A DNA stretch of 64,000 nucleotides from Octopus vulgaris (lineage: Eukaryota): NCBI GenBank assembly GCA_951406725.2, contig OX597827.1:2728001-2792000 (forward strand), given 5' to 3'. A model generated the notes under the pieces. It worked only from the letters and a program-made list of their open reading frames with translations, did not search any database and had not been told where the DNA came from. Shown here piece by piece: positions 11,190-22,868 of this stretch. Both the position numbers and the translations under genes were made by a program. Each line of letters opens with the position of its first letter. Position 1 is the first letter of the stretch.

Positions 11190-11612
11190 GAAGATTTGTA
11201 TGGATGAGAAGCTTGCTTTCCAGCTGTGTGGTCTCAGGTTCAATCCCCACACCCTGCAGCATCTCAGGCAAGTGTCTTCTACAATAGCCTCAAACCAGCC
11301 AAAGCCTTGTGTGTGGATTTAATAGACAGAACTAAAAGAAGATTATGATGAAGGTGTGTGTGTGTGTTTGTTTCTGTACACACCCTTGCCCTGACATCAC
11401 AGGATATTTGCAAACAAGCATCACCATTATAGAAGAAATGCTGTTCATTTCCAGTCTTCCATGAAAATAATGTCTAGCCATAAGGAAACATTACCTTGAC
11501 TGGAAACAAGTAAGGGTTGGTAACAAGAAAGACATGATTATAGAAAATCTGCTTCAATAAACTCAGTCTGATCCATGCAGGCATAGAAAAGAGGACGTTA
11601 AAATTATGATAA
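11190..11612 (+). mobile_element. SINE family G (family-A-like head plus RTE-like tail)
   Basis: Head like family A (ggttcaatccccac, caggcaagtgtcttct), tail attaccttgactggaaacaagtaagggttgg...ccatgcaggcatagaaaagaggacgttaaa. Related copies at about 10160-10490(-), 18935-19245(+), 30890-31150(-), 41465-41700(-), 59230-59420(-). Confidence 0.6.
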
Positions 11613-12330
11613 TGGTTATTTAAACTGATTAGACCCTCTCTGTCCTTTCTAAATCTGTGGCCTTGTGCCAAACCTGGAAATATCTTTAATGATAGTTCTT
11701 TATTATTGTATGGACACAAATATGGTAATTAGCTCAGCACTTGAGTTTTCATTAACTCTAGAAGGTTAAAAACTAAATATTGACCTAAGATTTGAACTAC
11801 TATTTCTGACATTCCTTTGTTTGATTATTGTTACTAAAATGGACGTTTGTGTGATCATTTTTACCTGTTAGAAAAAACTGCTAAGATTCCACTTAGAGCA
11901 CATGTTAATAAAAGGAAGGACACCTTGGGTAATATACACGTTGATGCACTGCCTAAAAGATGGGATGGTCTTGATTGGAACACCTGTGACCTATATTGAA
12001 CGGCTACCATGTAGGGAAACTGAACTTGTGATCTCATGATAACTGTATTGTAAAGTCATTCACCATCACATTATATGACACACACACACACTCACTCATA
12101 AGGCTTGTGTGTCATCATTTATGTCTACTCTTTAGGTTGGAATGGGTGAGACAGATCATAATAATCTGAGTTCTTATTCAATTACTCCAGTCCATTTATC
12201 TTTTATTCGTTTCAGTCATTAGATGTGGCCATGCTGCAGCATGGCCTTGAGTTTTAGTCAAACAAATCAACCCAAGTACTTTTGTTTTTTTTAAACCTAG
12301 AAGAGGGACAGTGATGCCAGGGAGTGACGG

Positions 12331-12450
12331 AAGAGACAGCAGTGGGAGGAAGTGATGGAGGAGAGACAGCAATGGGAGGAAGTGATGGAGGAGAGACAGC
12401 AATGGGAGGAAGTGATGGAGGAGAGACAGTGATGGGAGGAAGTGATAGGA
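12331..12450. repeat. 30-bp minisatellite, 4 copies
   Basis: gagagacagcaatgggaggaagtgatggag repeated in tandem. Confidence 0.9.
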
Positions 12451-13107
12451 GAAAACTTAATGGTAGCTTTGTTTGCTGGTAAGAGAGTATGAGTGAGGGA
12501 TACCCATAGAGATGGTCATGAGTATAAAAGTGAGTGGTGTATTCCAATGAAAGAATTAGAGAAGAGGAAATGCTGACTTAGTAGAGAAGGTTAATGTTAG
12601 CTGATGATAGAATAAGTGATTGAAAGCTGGACGGTGGTGAAAGTGTGGCAGATGTCAGTGATGAGTGGCAGAGTGGCCTGTGGTAACAGAAGCAATGTCA
12701 AGCAGTGCAGAAAGTGACAGAGATATTTATTGGAAACCAAGAATTCCAATGCAACCTCTCATGTCTGATTACCAAATTTGAAAGTCAGCAAAATTTCAGC
12801 TGCTGCAACTACTTCTTATTTTACTTGATTAAAAAATTTTTTTTTATGTCTTTTGTTTCCATCATTGGTCAGTGTCCAAGCTGGAGCACTATCTTTGAAG
12901 GGTTTAGTCAAACAAATCAGTGTTGGTACTTTCTGATTTTATTTATTTTCAAATAAATAAAAAAAAGTTGTTTTTGCTGAACTACTCAGTTACAAAGATA
13001 TAAACAAACCAATACCAGTTGTCAAGTGGTGGTGGTGGTGGTGGAGACGAAACATTGATGATGGGATATGATAAGGAATGCATCAATTATGATGGCCAAT
13101 ACATTCA

Positions 13108-13147
<40 letters not shown>

Positions 13148-13161
13148 TATATATATATATA

Positions 13162-13401
13162 TGATAGAAATGGTAAGACAACAAAAGAAAGAAAGAGACC
13201 TCGATATTATGTAAATAGAGGAATTTATCTGTAAATGTAATATGTGGCAATTATTCAGTAGCCATGCTAAAACACTGAGTTTTATCATTGTTTTCTGATG
13301 GCCGGATAACTGAAGAGATGGCGGCATGGATTTCTACCCTGACATCCAAAACTTGGAGTTTTATCATGGCTACCAAATAATTGTCACATATTACATTTAC
13401 A

Positions 13402-13404
<3 letters not shown>
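13162..13404 (+). mobile_element. Penelope-type pseudo-LTR element with inverted duplication, within (TA)n
   Basis: 55-bp inverted arms 13228-13282 / 13349-13403 (7 mismatches) overlapping a hammerhead motif; (TA)n on both flanks. Confidence 0.7.
13305..13365 (+). ncRNA. Hammerhead ribozyme motif (G12 decayed)
   Basis: GATAA-CTGAAGA-GATGgCGG...CTGaCATC-C-AAAAC-TTGGA-GTT-TTATC: perfect 5-bp stem I, GUU triplet, CGAAAC changed to CAAAAC (CpG decay). Confidence 0.7.
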
Positions 13405-13443
<39 letters not shown>

Positions 13444-13870
13444 TCATAAGTGCCACTGTGGTGGTGGTATGTAAAAAGCACCCAGCAAACACTGTAAAGT
13501 GATTGGCATCAAGAAGTGGAGACGATGCCAAAACAGACAATTGGAGCCTGGACTGCTCTTTGGCTGACCATCTCCTGTCAAACTGTCCAATCCATGCCAG
13601 CATCGAAAACAAACATTAAATAATGATGATGAGACACACACACACACATACATACATACATACATACATACATATGAGCAGTTTCTTTCCCTCTTCTCAC
13701 CTTGATATACAACCTAACCACTCTTTTGGTAATGGATTCACTTAAAGATTTACCTAAGGATATACTTGAGGAAGAATTGATTCAAACGGATGTAATTGAA
13801 CCCTCCTGAACATAATGAACCAATATGAATATCATTAAAGGGGAGCTTTCTTTCCGCTGTCTATCATATA

Positions 13871-13961
13871 TTTCTCTGATGATGGCATTCACAGTTTTTA
13901 TAGAGTCTTCAATCGATATGATGATCCAATACCAGGATATCACAGAAACAGCTGTCAGAGA
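13871..13961 (+). ncRNA. Hammerhead ribozyme motif, catalytic core intact
   Basis: TTTCT-CTGATGA-[about 60-nt stem II domain]-GAAAC-AGCT-GTC-AGAGA; palindromic stem III ACAGCTGT, GUC triplet, 5-bp stem I. Confidence 0.78.
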
Positions 13962-14146
13962 CTATCTTTACCAGTTTTTATTATTATTTTACTATTTTTA
14001 GATGAAATGAAATGAATTTAAACGCCATAGTCCTGCCTTGACTAATTGTTTGCTTTTCTCACTACTTTAACTGAAATATATATATATATACACATACATA
14101 CATACATACACACACACGCACACACATATATATATATATATATATA

Positions 14147-14276
14147 AAGAAAAAGGAGGCAGTCAGAATTTTGGATAATTCTTTATTAGTGCTTTCGTTC
14201 ATTTAAAAAAAATTTGGTTAAGTGAACAAAAGCCCTATAAAGAATTATCCAAAATTCTGACTGCCTCCTTTTTCTT
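14147..14276. repeat. Long hairpin (40-bp perfect inverted repeat plus about 20-bp imperfect inner arms)
   Basis: aagaaaaaggaggcagtcagaattttggataattctttat (14147-14186) is the exact reverse complement of 14237-14276; flanked by (TA)n; a partial single copy at about 19280-19330. Confidence 0.9.
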
Positions 14277-14334
14277 ACTATACAATATCTGTACCCCACT
14301 TTAAATACCCTATATATATATATATATTTATTTA

Positions 14335-14368
<34 letters not shown>

Positions 14369-15864
14369 CATACACACACATAAATGAAGGGCTTTTATAT
14401 TGATCTGCTCACCAAATTCACTAAAGGCATTGGTTGGTAAGAGGCTATAGTAATAGACATTTGCCTAAGGTACTGCACCATGGGACTGAACCCATAACCA
14501 CATGGTTGCAAAGTGAGTTTCTTAACCAAACAGCCAGGCCTGCGCCTATAATAAATTTAAAACATTGATGATGCGATCTGATAAGGAATGCATCAATTAT
14601 GATGGCCAATACATGTAGCTAAGGGATGATGATGGGATTGACAATTTAGTCATCAACACTCTTGATTAAGATCCAGAATTAACCGATATTCCCATTTCAG
14701 TTTTTGTGGCTCTGTGAATATTGATTTTCTTATATTAGGACAAAGCCTTGTCTATTTATTCTGGAGGAATATAAATTCCACCGGATTGATCCAAAACCAG
14801 CCATACCACATATTTGACCCAAACACCCACCCACACCTACACTAAAGAAATTTGAACCCCAAACCAAGTTTGGATGAAATTAAATTCTTCAACCTACAAG
14901 CATTTAATCCATCAGTTCTGTTTATGAGTTTAAAAACAATGATTTATGATATTGGCAAAAGGCCACATATTGCTTTCTTATCGTGGGATGGAAGGGTGGA
15001 ATTCCTCCATCCATTAATGTTTGTCAAAATAAATCCATATCAAGCACTTCATTCATTAGTGCTTAGAATCAACTTAATGCCAACAGAACTTTGGTAATTG
15101 TGTTAAAATAATTCCAGTGAAATCTACTGAATAATCTAACCTCAAAATTTTCCCCATGGTTTTTGATTTTTTTTTTGTTTTTTTTTTGCTTTTATTTATG
15201 CTTTTATTTTAATCTGATACAATACTCTACAATTAACGCTTAGCTAATGAGTTCAATGAAAAAGCCATTACATGGTCATTCATTCTGCTAGAAATAATAG
15301 CGAGGTTTACCCTCAAATCACTGTCTTACCTTCTTAAAAATAAGATGGCATTAAATAATGTATTTACTGATAAACAAAGAAGGATAATATATATAGAATA
15401 TATAACATCCATACCATGATCATATATTAAGGTACTACACCAGGACTGGCCTGTGGTTAAACAACAATACTTTTAGAGATGATAAACAGTTGCATTTCCT
15501 CCATCAGTCTATGTTTGATATTATTAATCTGTTTCTTCTGTTATTCCTTCTATACTCTGATTTGGTTCCATGCTCTACAAAATACTGGGTCTCCCAAAAT
15601 AGGGCTCTGCTATTGGATTCAGTTTAGAATCATACCTAGAAGTTTGGCACTGTTGTTCCTCACTCTATTCTGACCAATCAGAGAAGCAGCTGCCTTCATT
15701 CCAGCAATGGTTTAATTAGCACTTTACAGAATTACCTCTGGAAGAAGGTCACTTACAGACACCTCAGTAGACACCCTGCATAGATGTGGGCCCTTCAGCT
15801 CTTGTTTAGCTGCTCATTTAAGAGAAGGTAACTCTATACAGATCCTGTATTCTGATAAACTGGT

Positions 15865-16163
15865 ATTCCATTGGTTACAATGAGTGTTTCAATTGATCCA
15901 ATCAAAACAGAACAGCCTGCTTGTGAAATTAGCATGCAAGTGGCCGAGTATTCCGCAGACATGCATACCTTTATTGTAGTTCACAGTGCGATTCAGCATG
16001 GCACACTTTGACAAGATTGGCCCTCTGAAATGATACGGATAGAACTCCTTAGTGCCAGCTGAGTGGACTGAAGCAGTATGAAATAAAATGTCTTGCTCAA
16101 GGACACAGCACATGGCCACGGTCAAGAGCTAAACACCTTAACCACTCAGCCACGTGTCTTCAC
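15865..16163 (-). mobile_element. SINE family E (diverged)
   Basis: Homologous to 3356-3680 (tgaaataaaatgtcttgctcaaggacaca; accactcagccacgtgtcttcac). Confidence 0.8.
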
Positions 16164-16524
16164 AATACATTCTGATAACTACTAGGCTTGTGGGATTTGT
16201 TGCACCAGAGCAATACAAGTCTGAAGGACAAGAGAGTGGAACTGACCGTAGAGAAACCGTGTTCACTGAATAATAATAACAATGTAGGTTGTTCAGCAAA
16301 CCAAGACACTAGATCCAACACCATTGCACTTCCTTCATTTGCGGTGGCAGGGAAAGAGGTGACAGGGACAGGTAGAGAATGCTATTACAAGCTTTCAGCT
16401 TTGACCCCTGCCCATGGGCAGTCACTGAATGAAGGACAAAAGTACTGCTGTGTCTTGTTGAACCATCATTGGTCAAAGCAATGAGAGAATCCATATACAT
16501 ATTCTATGTGTTGTTCATCATTAG

Positions 16525-17165
16525 TACTCTTACTCACTCTTTTACTTGTTTCGGTCATTTGACTGTGGCCATACTGGAGCACTGCCTTTAGTTGAGCAAA
16601 TCAACCCCAGGACTTAATCTTTGTAAGCCTAGCACTTATTCTACTGGTCTCTTTTGCCGAACCACAAAGTTACGTGGGCGTATACACACCAGTATCGATT
16701 GTCAAGCGATGTTGGGGGGACAAACACAGACAAACATACACGCACATATATATATACATATACGTATATATGACAATGGGCTTCTTTCAGTTTCCGTCTA
16801 TCAAATCCACTCACAAGGCTTTGGTTGGCCCAAGGCTATAGCAGAAGATACTTGTCCAAGGTGCCACGCAGTGGGGCTGAACCTGGAACCATGTGGTTGT
16901 TAACCCTTTCATTACTGTATTTATTTTGAGATGCTCTGTGTTTCTTTCAATTATTTTAAGTATAACAAAGAATTTAGTAAAATAAACTTAGTTATCATTA
17001 AACTAGTGTTAGGAACATAAATTGTGACTAAGGTTTGGTGGAAGATTTTAATTCAAAACTTATGAAAAAATGACATTTATACTACTGAGCCAGAGGTGGT
17101 TTCAGCCGGGTTGATAATGAAAGGGTTAAGCAAGCTACTTACCACACAGCCACTCCTGCGCCTAT
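16525..17165 (-). mobile_element. SINE family A interrupted by a piggyBac-like MITE
   Basis: Family A sequence resumes (gcaagctacttaccacacagccactcctgcgcc) directly after the TTAA at 17126-17129. Confidence 0.88.
16904..17125. mobile_element. piggyBac-like MITE
   Basis: TTAA-CCCTTTCATTA...TAATGAAAGGG-TTAA; TSD at 16900-16903 and 17126-17129. Confidence 0.9.
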
Positions 17166-18283
17166 AAGTCTTAACTTTATTTTTTATTTTCAAAGAATAC
17201 TACTAAATGTCGATCACCAAACTTTGTCAACAATTCCTAATCAGAATCCAAGTCTGTGAGTGCCTCTAAAATCTAATAATGATTGTATATTATGAACTTC
17301 ATCTGATTTTTGGGGAAATTTCTTTTTAATTCATTATGTTATATGAAGAACAAGAACCATCAAAGACTCCTCTTCATATGTCTCATCTTTTACTTGCCCC
17401 TTACTGGGGCACCACTTTGAACAGTTTTAGTCGAAGAACTGAACCCCACTTCTTCTGTTCTCTCAAGTCTGGTATTTATTCTATCGCTTTCTTTTCCTGA
17501 ACCTCTTGTCTACAGGGAAATAAACAAACCAACATCAGTTGTCAAGTATTGGTGAGAGACAAATACACACACCAAGATATATATATAAATGTTTATACAC
17601 ATATAGACACACAACTGACTTCCACACATTTTCCACCTACCAAATTCACTGATTGTGCATTGGTCAGCCTGAGGATATATCAGAAGACATTTGCTCTAGG
17701 TGCCCCACAATGGGACTGAACACAAAACTACATTATTGCAAAGCTAGCTTCATTATCACACAGCCATGTCTGTGCCTATGCTCTTGTTAAAAAGAAAAGA
17801 AAAAGGAAATCTGTCTGAAGCCACCTGCAAGTGGAATTGAACTTAGCTTGCAAGCTAACAAACCATTTTATTCTTTTACAATACGGTCACTGTGGTTTGG
17901 CTCATATTTTAATTAATCAAAAACAAATAAACATGGACCAAGGTAATTATTGGTAGATTTCTAAGTAGACAAAAATACATTTACTTAAATTTTTAGGTGG
18001 GTTGGTGTGCAAAGCAGTGACAGAAAATAAACTTTAGATCAGTTCAAATATGGGGAGTGGGGTGGAATTTTCACTTACAATAACAAAAAAGATATCTTCT
18101 ATCACTGCTTCATGCACCTACCCATGTATTTGTTCCAGCCTAGTGGCCTACACATGCAATTTTTTTGGGGGTTTTTTTGCAGGATCAGTACATCACTATT
18201 TTCCGATCCTCTTTACTTTCTAAATAACAATATTCCGGAAAACATTTAAAAATTATTTTCTATCGTTTAATTAATTTAAATAC

Positions 18284-18516
18284 ATATTTCTTTATTACTC
18301 ACAAGGGGCTAAACATAGAGGGGACAAACAAGGACAGATATAGGTATTAAGTCGATTACATCAACCCCAGTGGGAAACTGGTACTTAATTTATCGAGCCC
18401 AAAAGGATGAGAGGCAAAGTCGACGTTGGCGGAATTTGAACTCACGACGTAACGGTAGACAAAATACTGCTAAGCATTTCGCCCGGTGCGCTAACGATTC
18501 TGCCAGCTCGTCACCA
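18284..18516 (-). mobile_element. SINE family B, full length with TSD
   Basis: 16-bp TSD taattaatttaaatac at 18268-18283 and 18517-18532; head ggtgacgagctggcagaatcgttagc on the minus strand. Confidence 0.92.
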
Positions 18517-18880
18517 TAATTAATTTAAATACCATTTCCTAAACAATATTTTCCATGTTAGTCAATGTATTATAATCTTGTTTGTGTACTTAATGATTCT
18601 TCCATCATTGCTACAGCAAATACAATGATGTTTCTGCTTCACTGAGGAGACATAATACTGAAACACGTACTGAGTTGTCTCTCTTGCTTTCTTGAAATAG
18701 TTAACATTCATCATTGATCAATGTAGTTTTTTTTTTTTTTCTCCATATCATATAATTATTTTTGTTTAATACAATTAATTTCACTGGCATTGTTATCAGT
18801 AACTGACTGAATCTGTGATCATCTGCTTTAATCCTCAAACAAACTGTTTTTCCATTTTTAATTTTGTCTCTAATTGTTAT

Positions 18881-18925
<45 letters not shown>

Positions 18926-19349
18926 GCAGTGTAATACATTGGGCAATTATCTTCTACAACAGCTCTGTAAGTGGATTTTGGAAATGATAGCTGTAAGAAT
19001 CACGTGTTTGTGTGTGTATCTCCCTCTGTCTTCACATCATGTGATACTTGTGGATGAATGTCCCTGCCAAACGAGTGGTGTCATCAATTTCTGCAGGAAT
19101 ATGTCTGACCATGGAGAAATATTACCTTGATTGGAAACAGGTAAGGGTTGGCAGCTGGAACAACATCTGGCTGTAGAAAATCTACCTCAATAAATTCCAT
19201 CTCACCCAGGCAAGAACGGAAGAAAGGACATTAAAATGGTGATGTATGTATGTATAATGTTTGGAGTGATTGTATATCAAGGAAATGGAGGAAGCAGAAT
19301 TTTGGATAATTCTTTTAGTGCTTTCATCCATTCTACTCTTTTACCCTAC

Positions 19350-19693
19350 TTTTTCTATTTGTTTCAGTCATTTGACTGTAGCCATGCTGGAGCACCACCT
19401 TTAGTTGAGCAAATCAACCCCAGTACTTATTCTATTGGTCTCCTTTGCCAAACCGCTGTAGACACACCAACATCGGTTGTCAAGTGATAATTGGTGGGGG
19501 GGGGGAACAAACATATACACATATATATATTACAATAGGCTTCTTTCAGTTTCCGTCTACCAAATCCACTCACAAGGCTTTGGTCAGCCCGAAGCTATAG
19601 TAGAAGATACTTGCCCAAAGTGCCACACCATGGGACTGAACCCAGAACCATGTGGTCGGTAAGCAACTTACCACACAGCCACTCCTGCACCTA
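19350..19693 (-). mobile_element. SINE family A
   Basis: gtttcagtcatttgactg...ccacacagccactcctgc. Confidence 0.85.
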
Positions 19694-19805
19694 TGAGAAT
19701 TTTTCAAAATAAATTTTATAGAAAATTTCTTGGCTGTTATACAAATGAAGAGGAGGAGAGAGAAAAGAGGAAGGAATACATTCACACACACACACACACA
19801 TACAG

Positions 19806-20330
19806 CTGCAGGTGTGGCTGTTTGGTAAGAAGCTTGCCATTTAATGGTTCCGGGTTCAGTCCCACTTCTACTATAGCCTCAGGCCAATCAAAGCTTTGTG
19901 AGTGGATTTGGTAGACAGAAACTGAAAGAAGCCTGACATATATTTATATTACTAAGTTAAGGGGACATAAAGACACCAACACTGGTTGATAATCAATATG
20001 TGTGTGTGTGGGTGGGGTGACAAACACAGACACAAAAACACACATATATGTATAATCTGCGTGTGTGTGTGTGTGTGTGCAGGTTTTTGTGTCTGTGTTT
20101 GTCACCCACTCACCACTGCTTGACAACCAGTGTTGGTGTGTTTACATCCCAGTAAATCAGCAGTTGTTAAAAGAGTAAACCAAAAGAGACAAAATAGAAT
20201 GAGTTCTAGGCTTAAAGAAAAAGAAGTAACTTCTGGCATTGATTTGTTTGACTAAAACTCCTCAAAGTGGTGCCCCAGCATGGCCGCAGTCAAATGACTG
20301 AAACAAGCAAAAGATAAAAGATAAAAGATA
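19806..20330 (+). mobile_element. SINE family A with an internal inverted segment
   Basis: Head 19806-19940, inverted tail piece about 19950-20040, normal tail 20083-20330. Confidence 0.75.
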
Positions 20331-20624
20331 TATATATATGCACAAGCGTATATATATATATATATATATCCATACAATGTTTCAGGTTGCGGTCCCACTC
20401 CGTGTCACCTTGGGCAAATGTCTAATATAGTCTCAGGCCCAAAGCCTGGCGAGTGAATTTGGTAGGTGGAAACTGTAAAAAGCCTTTCATGTATAATATA
20501 ATGTGTGTGTGGTATGTGTCCTTGTCTGTTGTCTCCCTGAACCACTGTTATGAGGACATAAACACACCAACACCAGTTGTTGAGTGGTCACTGGGAGACA
20601 AACACAGCAAGATATATACACCAT

Positions 20625-21167
20625 ATGTATATATATATATATGTATATGTATATATACATATATATGTATATGTATATATACATATATATGTATATGTAT
20701 ATATACATATATATATATATGTGTTTACATATATATATGTATGTTTAATATATATATGTATGTTTACATATATATATATGTATTTAGGCTATATATATAT
20801 ATGTATGTTTATATATATATATGTATGTTTACATATATATATATGTATGTTTACATATATATATATGTATGTTTACATATATGAATATGTATGTTTACAT
20901 ATATATATATGTATGTTTACATATATATATATGTATGTTTGAACCATAATATATGTATGGACATATATATGTATGTTTACCATATATATGTATGTTTACA
21001 TATATATATATGTATGTTTACACATATATATATGTATGTTTACATATATATATATGTATGTATATACACATATATATATGTATGTATTATACATATATAT
21101 ATATGTATATATACATATATATATATGTATGTTTACATATATATATATATATATATATGTATGTTTT

Positions 21168-21214
<47 letters not shown>

Positions 21215-21232
21215 TTACATATATACATATAT
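20625..21232. repeat. Compound microsatellite (TATG/TA with recurring gtatgtttacatatata)
   Basis: Direct inspection of the repeated units. Confidence 0.93.
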
Positions 21233-22120
21233 GCCACAGAAGTTGCAAACTGATAATGGCTACAGACAGGAAGAGTACCTAACCACAAATCCTGCTTCAA
21301 ATAAACCCACTTCCAAACTTACACTAGTATGGAAATTGAAATATAATGGACAAACAAAGCCATCCCTTCTTATTGGAGAAACCATTATCGCAATATATAA
21401 CAAATTAATACATCCGGCAATTAAATAAATTACCTATCAATCTACTCTGATTTAGTTTAATGTTAATGAAATCCTCGAGATACAAACAACAACTTGTAGT
21501 TGATTATTTTTCCATGGTTAATCATATTGAACGAGTCCATAGAGATTTAACTCATAGCTACAGTAGCATATTTTGTCCAGTTAGAGTGACCAGTTGTGTC
21601 CAGTATCACCAAGCCATTAAGTATTTTGACTGTGATTGAGGTTTCTCGATCAATAAGAGGCCAGGAATGTGTGTTAATTACATATTAATGTTTGGTTGAT
21701 TACTGGAAACTGTGCGCACTATATTGAGTATTTGGGGTGAAAAATAGCATATTTGGATGGTTTTTGTTTTGTTTTGCTTTTTTTTTTTTTCACATAAAAT
21801 TGATCTGTCATCTCGTATAAAGCTAGAACACACTCAAGCACAAAATCATAGTCAGAACTGGTAAATCAGAGCAAGATAGTCTTACAGGAATAAATCACAT
21901 TATCGAACACTTATTGAATAAGGAAGACAAAAGTGATTATTATATATGCAAGAAATTGGTATATAGAAGAAGAATATTTCTAGCAGCAGACAGATTTAAG
22001 TATTGGTTAGGAAAAGAAAGTATGACATGCATTTCTGCCATTTAGTGATTTATTAAATTGGACCCTGAGAAACTTTTTGCCAAGTCATTATGTGATCTAA
22101 GGAAGAATTTTAACATTTAG

Positions 22121-22341
22121 CCCTTTAGTGTGCAGATTACTCTGTTAAATGTAATACTTTTTCACTCAAATTGTTTTGAATTACTCATGCATTGTCTTAG
22201 AGCTTTGAGGTTTCAATGATGTGATTGCTTATTTTTAGAATGTCAATGTAGGTTAGGAGTGAGAGGTTAGATATGGTTAGTTCAAATATAAAACATGTAG
22301 AATATATTGGGCCGGATGTGGCCGGTTTAAACACTAAAGGG
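22121..22341. mobile_element. piggyBac-like MITE (second family), TTAG target duplication
   Basis: TTAG-CCCTTTAGTGT...ACACTAAAGGG-TTAG; truncated relatives at 23223-23421 (after TTAA) and about 31200-31375. Confidence 0.85.
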
Positions 22342-22473
22342 TTAGGGGCTGTATCGGAGCTGAAGGAATCATTTAGATTATGGAATACCAGGTGAACAGT
22401 CTTCAGGTTATGTTCTGTTAACAGCACAATTGTGTTCTTCACAAATACTTTAAGTTGTAAACAGATCTAAATT

Positions 22474-22868
22474 TACTTTTTTACTCTTGTTTCAGTCATT
22501 TGACTGTGGCCATGCTGGAGCACTGCCTTTAGTCGAACAAATCGACCCCAGGACTTATTCTTTGTAAGCCTAGTATTTATTCTATCGGTCTCTTTTGCTG
22601 AACTGCTAAGTTACGGGGACATAAATACACCAGCATCGGTTGTCAAGCGATGTTGGAGGGAGAAACAGATACACAAACATATACACACACGTAATATGCA
22701 TTTATACGATGGGCTTCTTTCAGTTTCCGTTTACCAAATCCACTCACAAGGCTTTGGTCAGCCTGAGGCTATAGAAGACACTTGCCCAAGGTACCATGCA
22801 GTGGAACTGAACCTGGAACCATGTGGTTGGTAAGCAAGCTACTTATCACACAGCCACTCCTACGCCTG
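22474..22868 (-). mobile_element. SINE family A, full length
   Basis: Complete reverse-complement match to 7091-7496. Confidence 0.9.

Noticed and set aside
14620-15097. Protein-like stretch and 81-aa ORF
   Set aside because: Stops in the neighbouring frames and no recognisable family; cannot be supported without a search.
18637-18674. Additional weak hammerhead-like strings (also at about 745-772, 6435-6472 and 49630-49680)
   Set aside because: Stem II or a core box is missing; not distinguishable from chance by eye.
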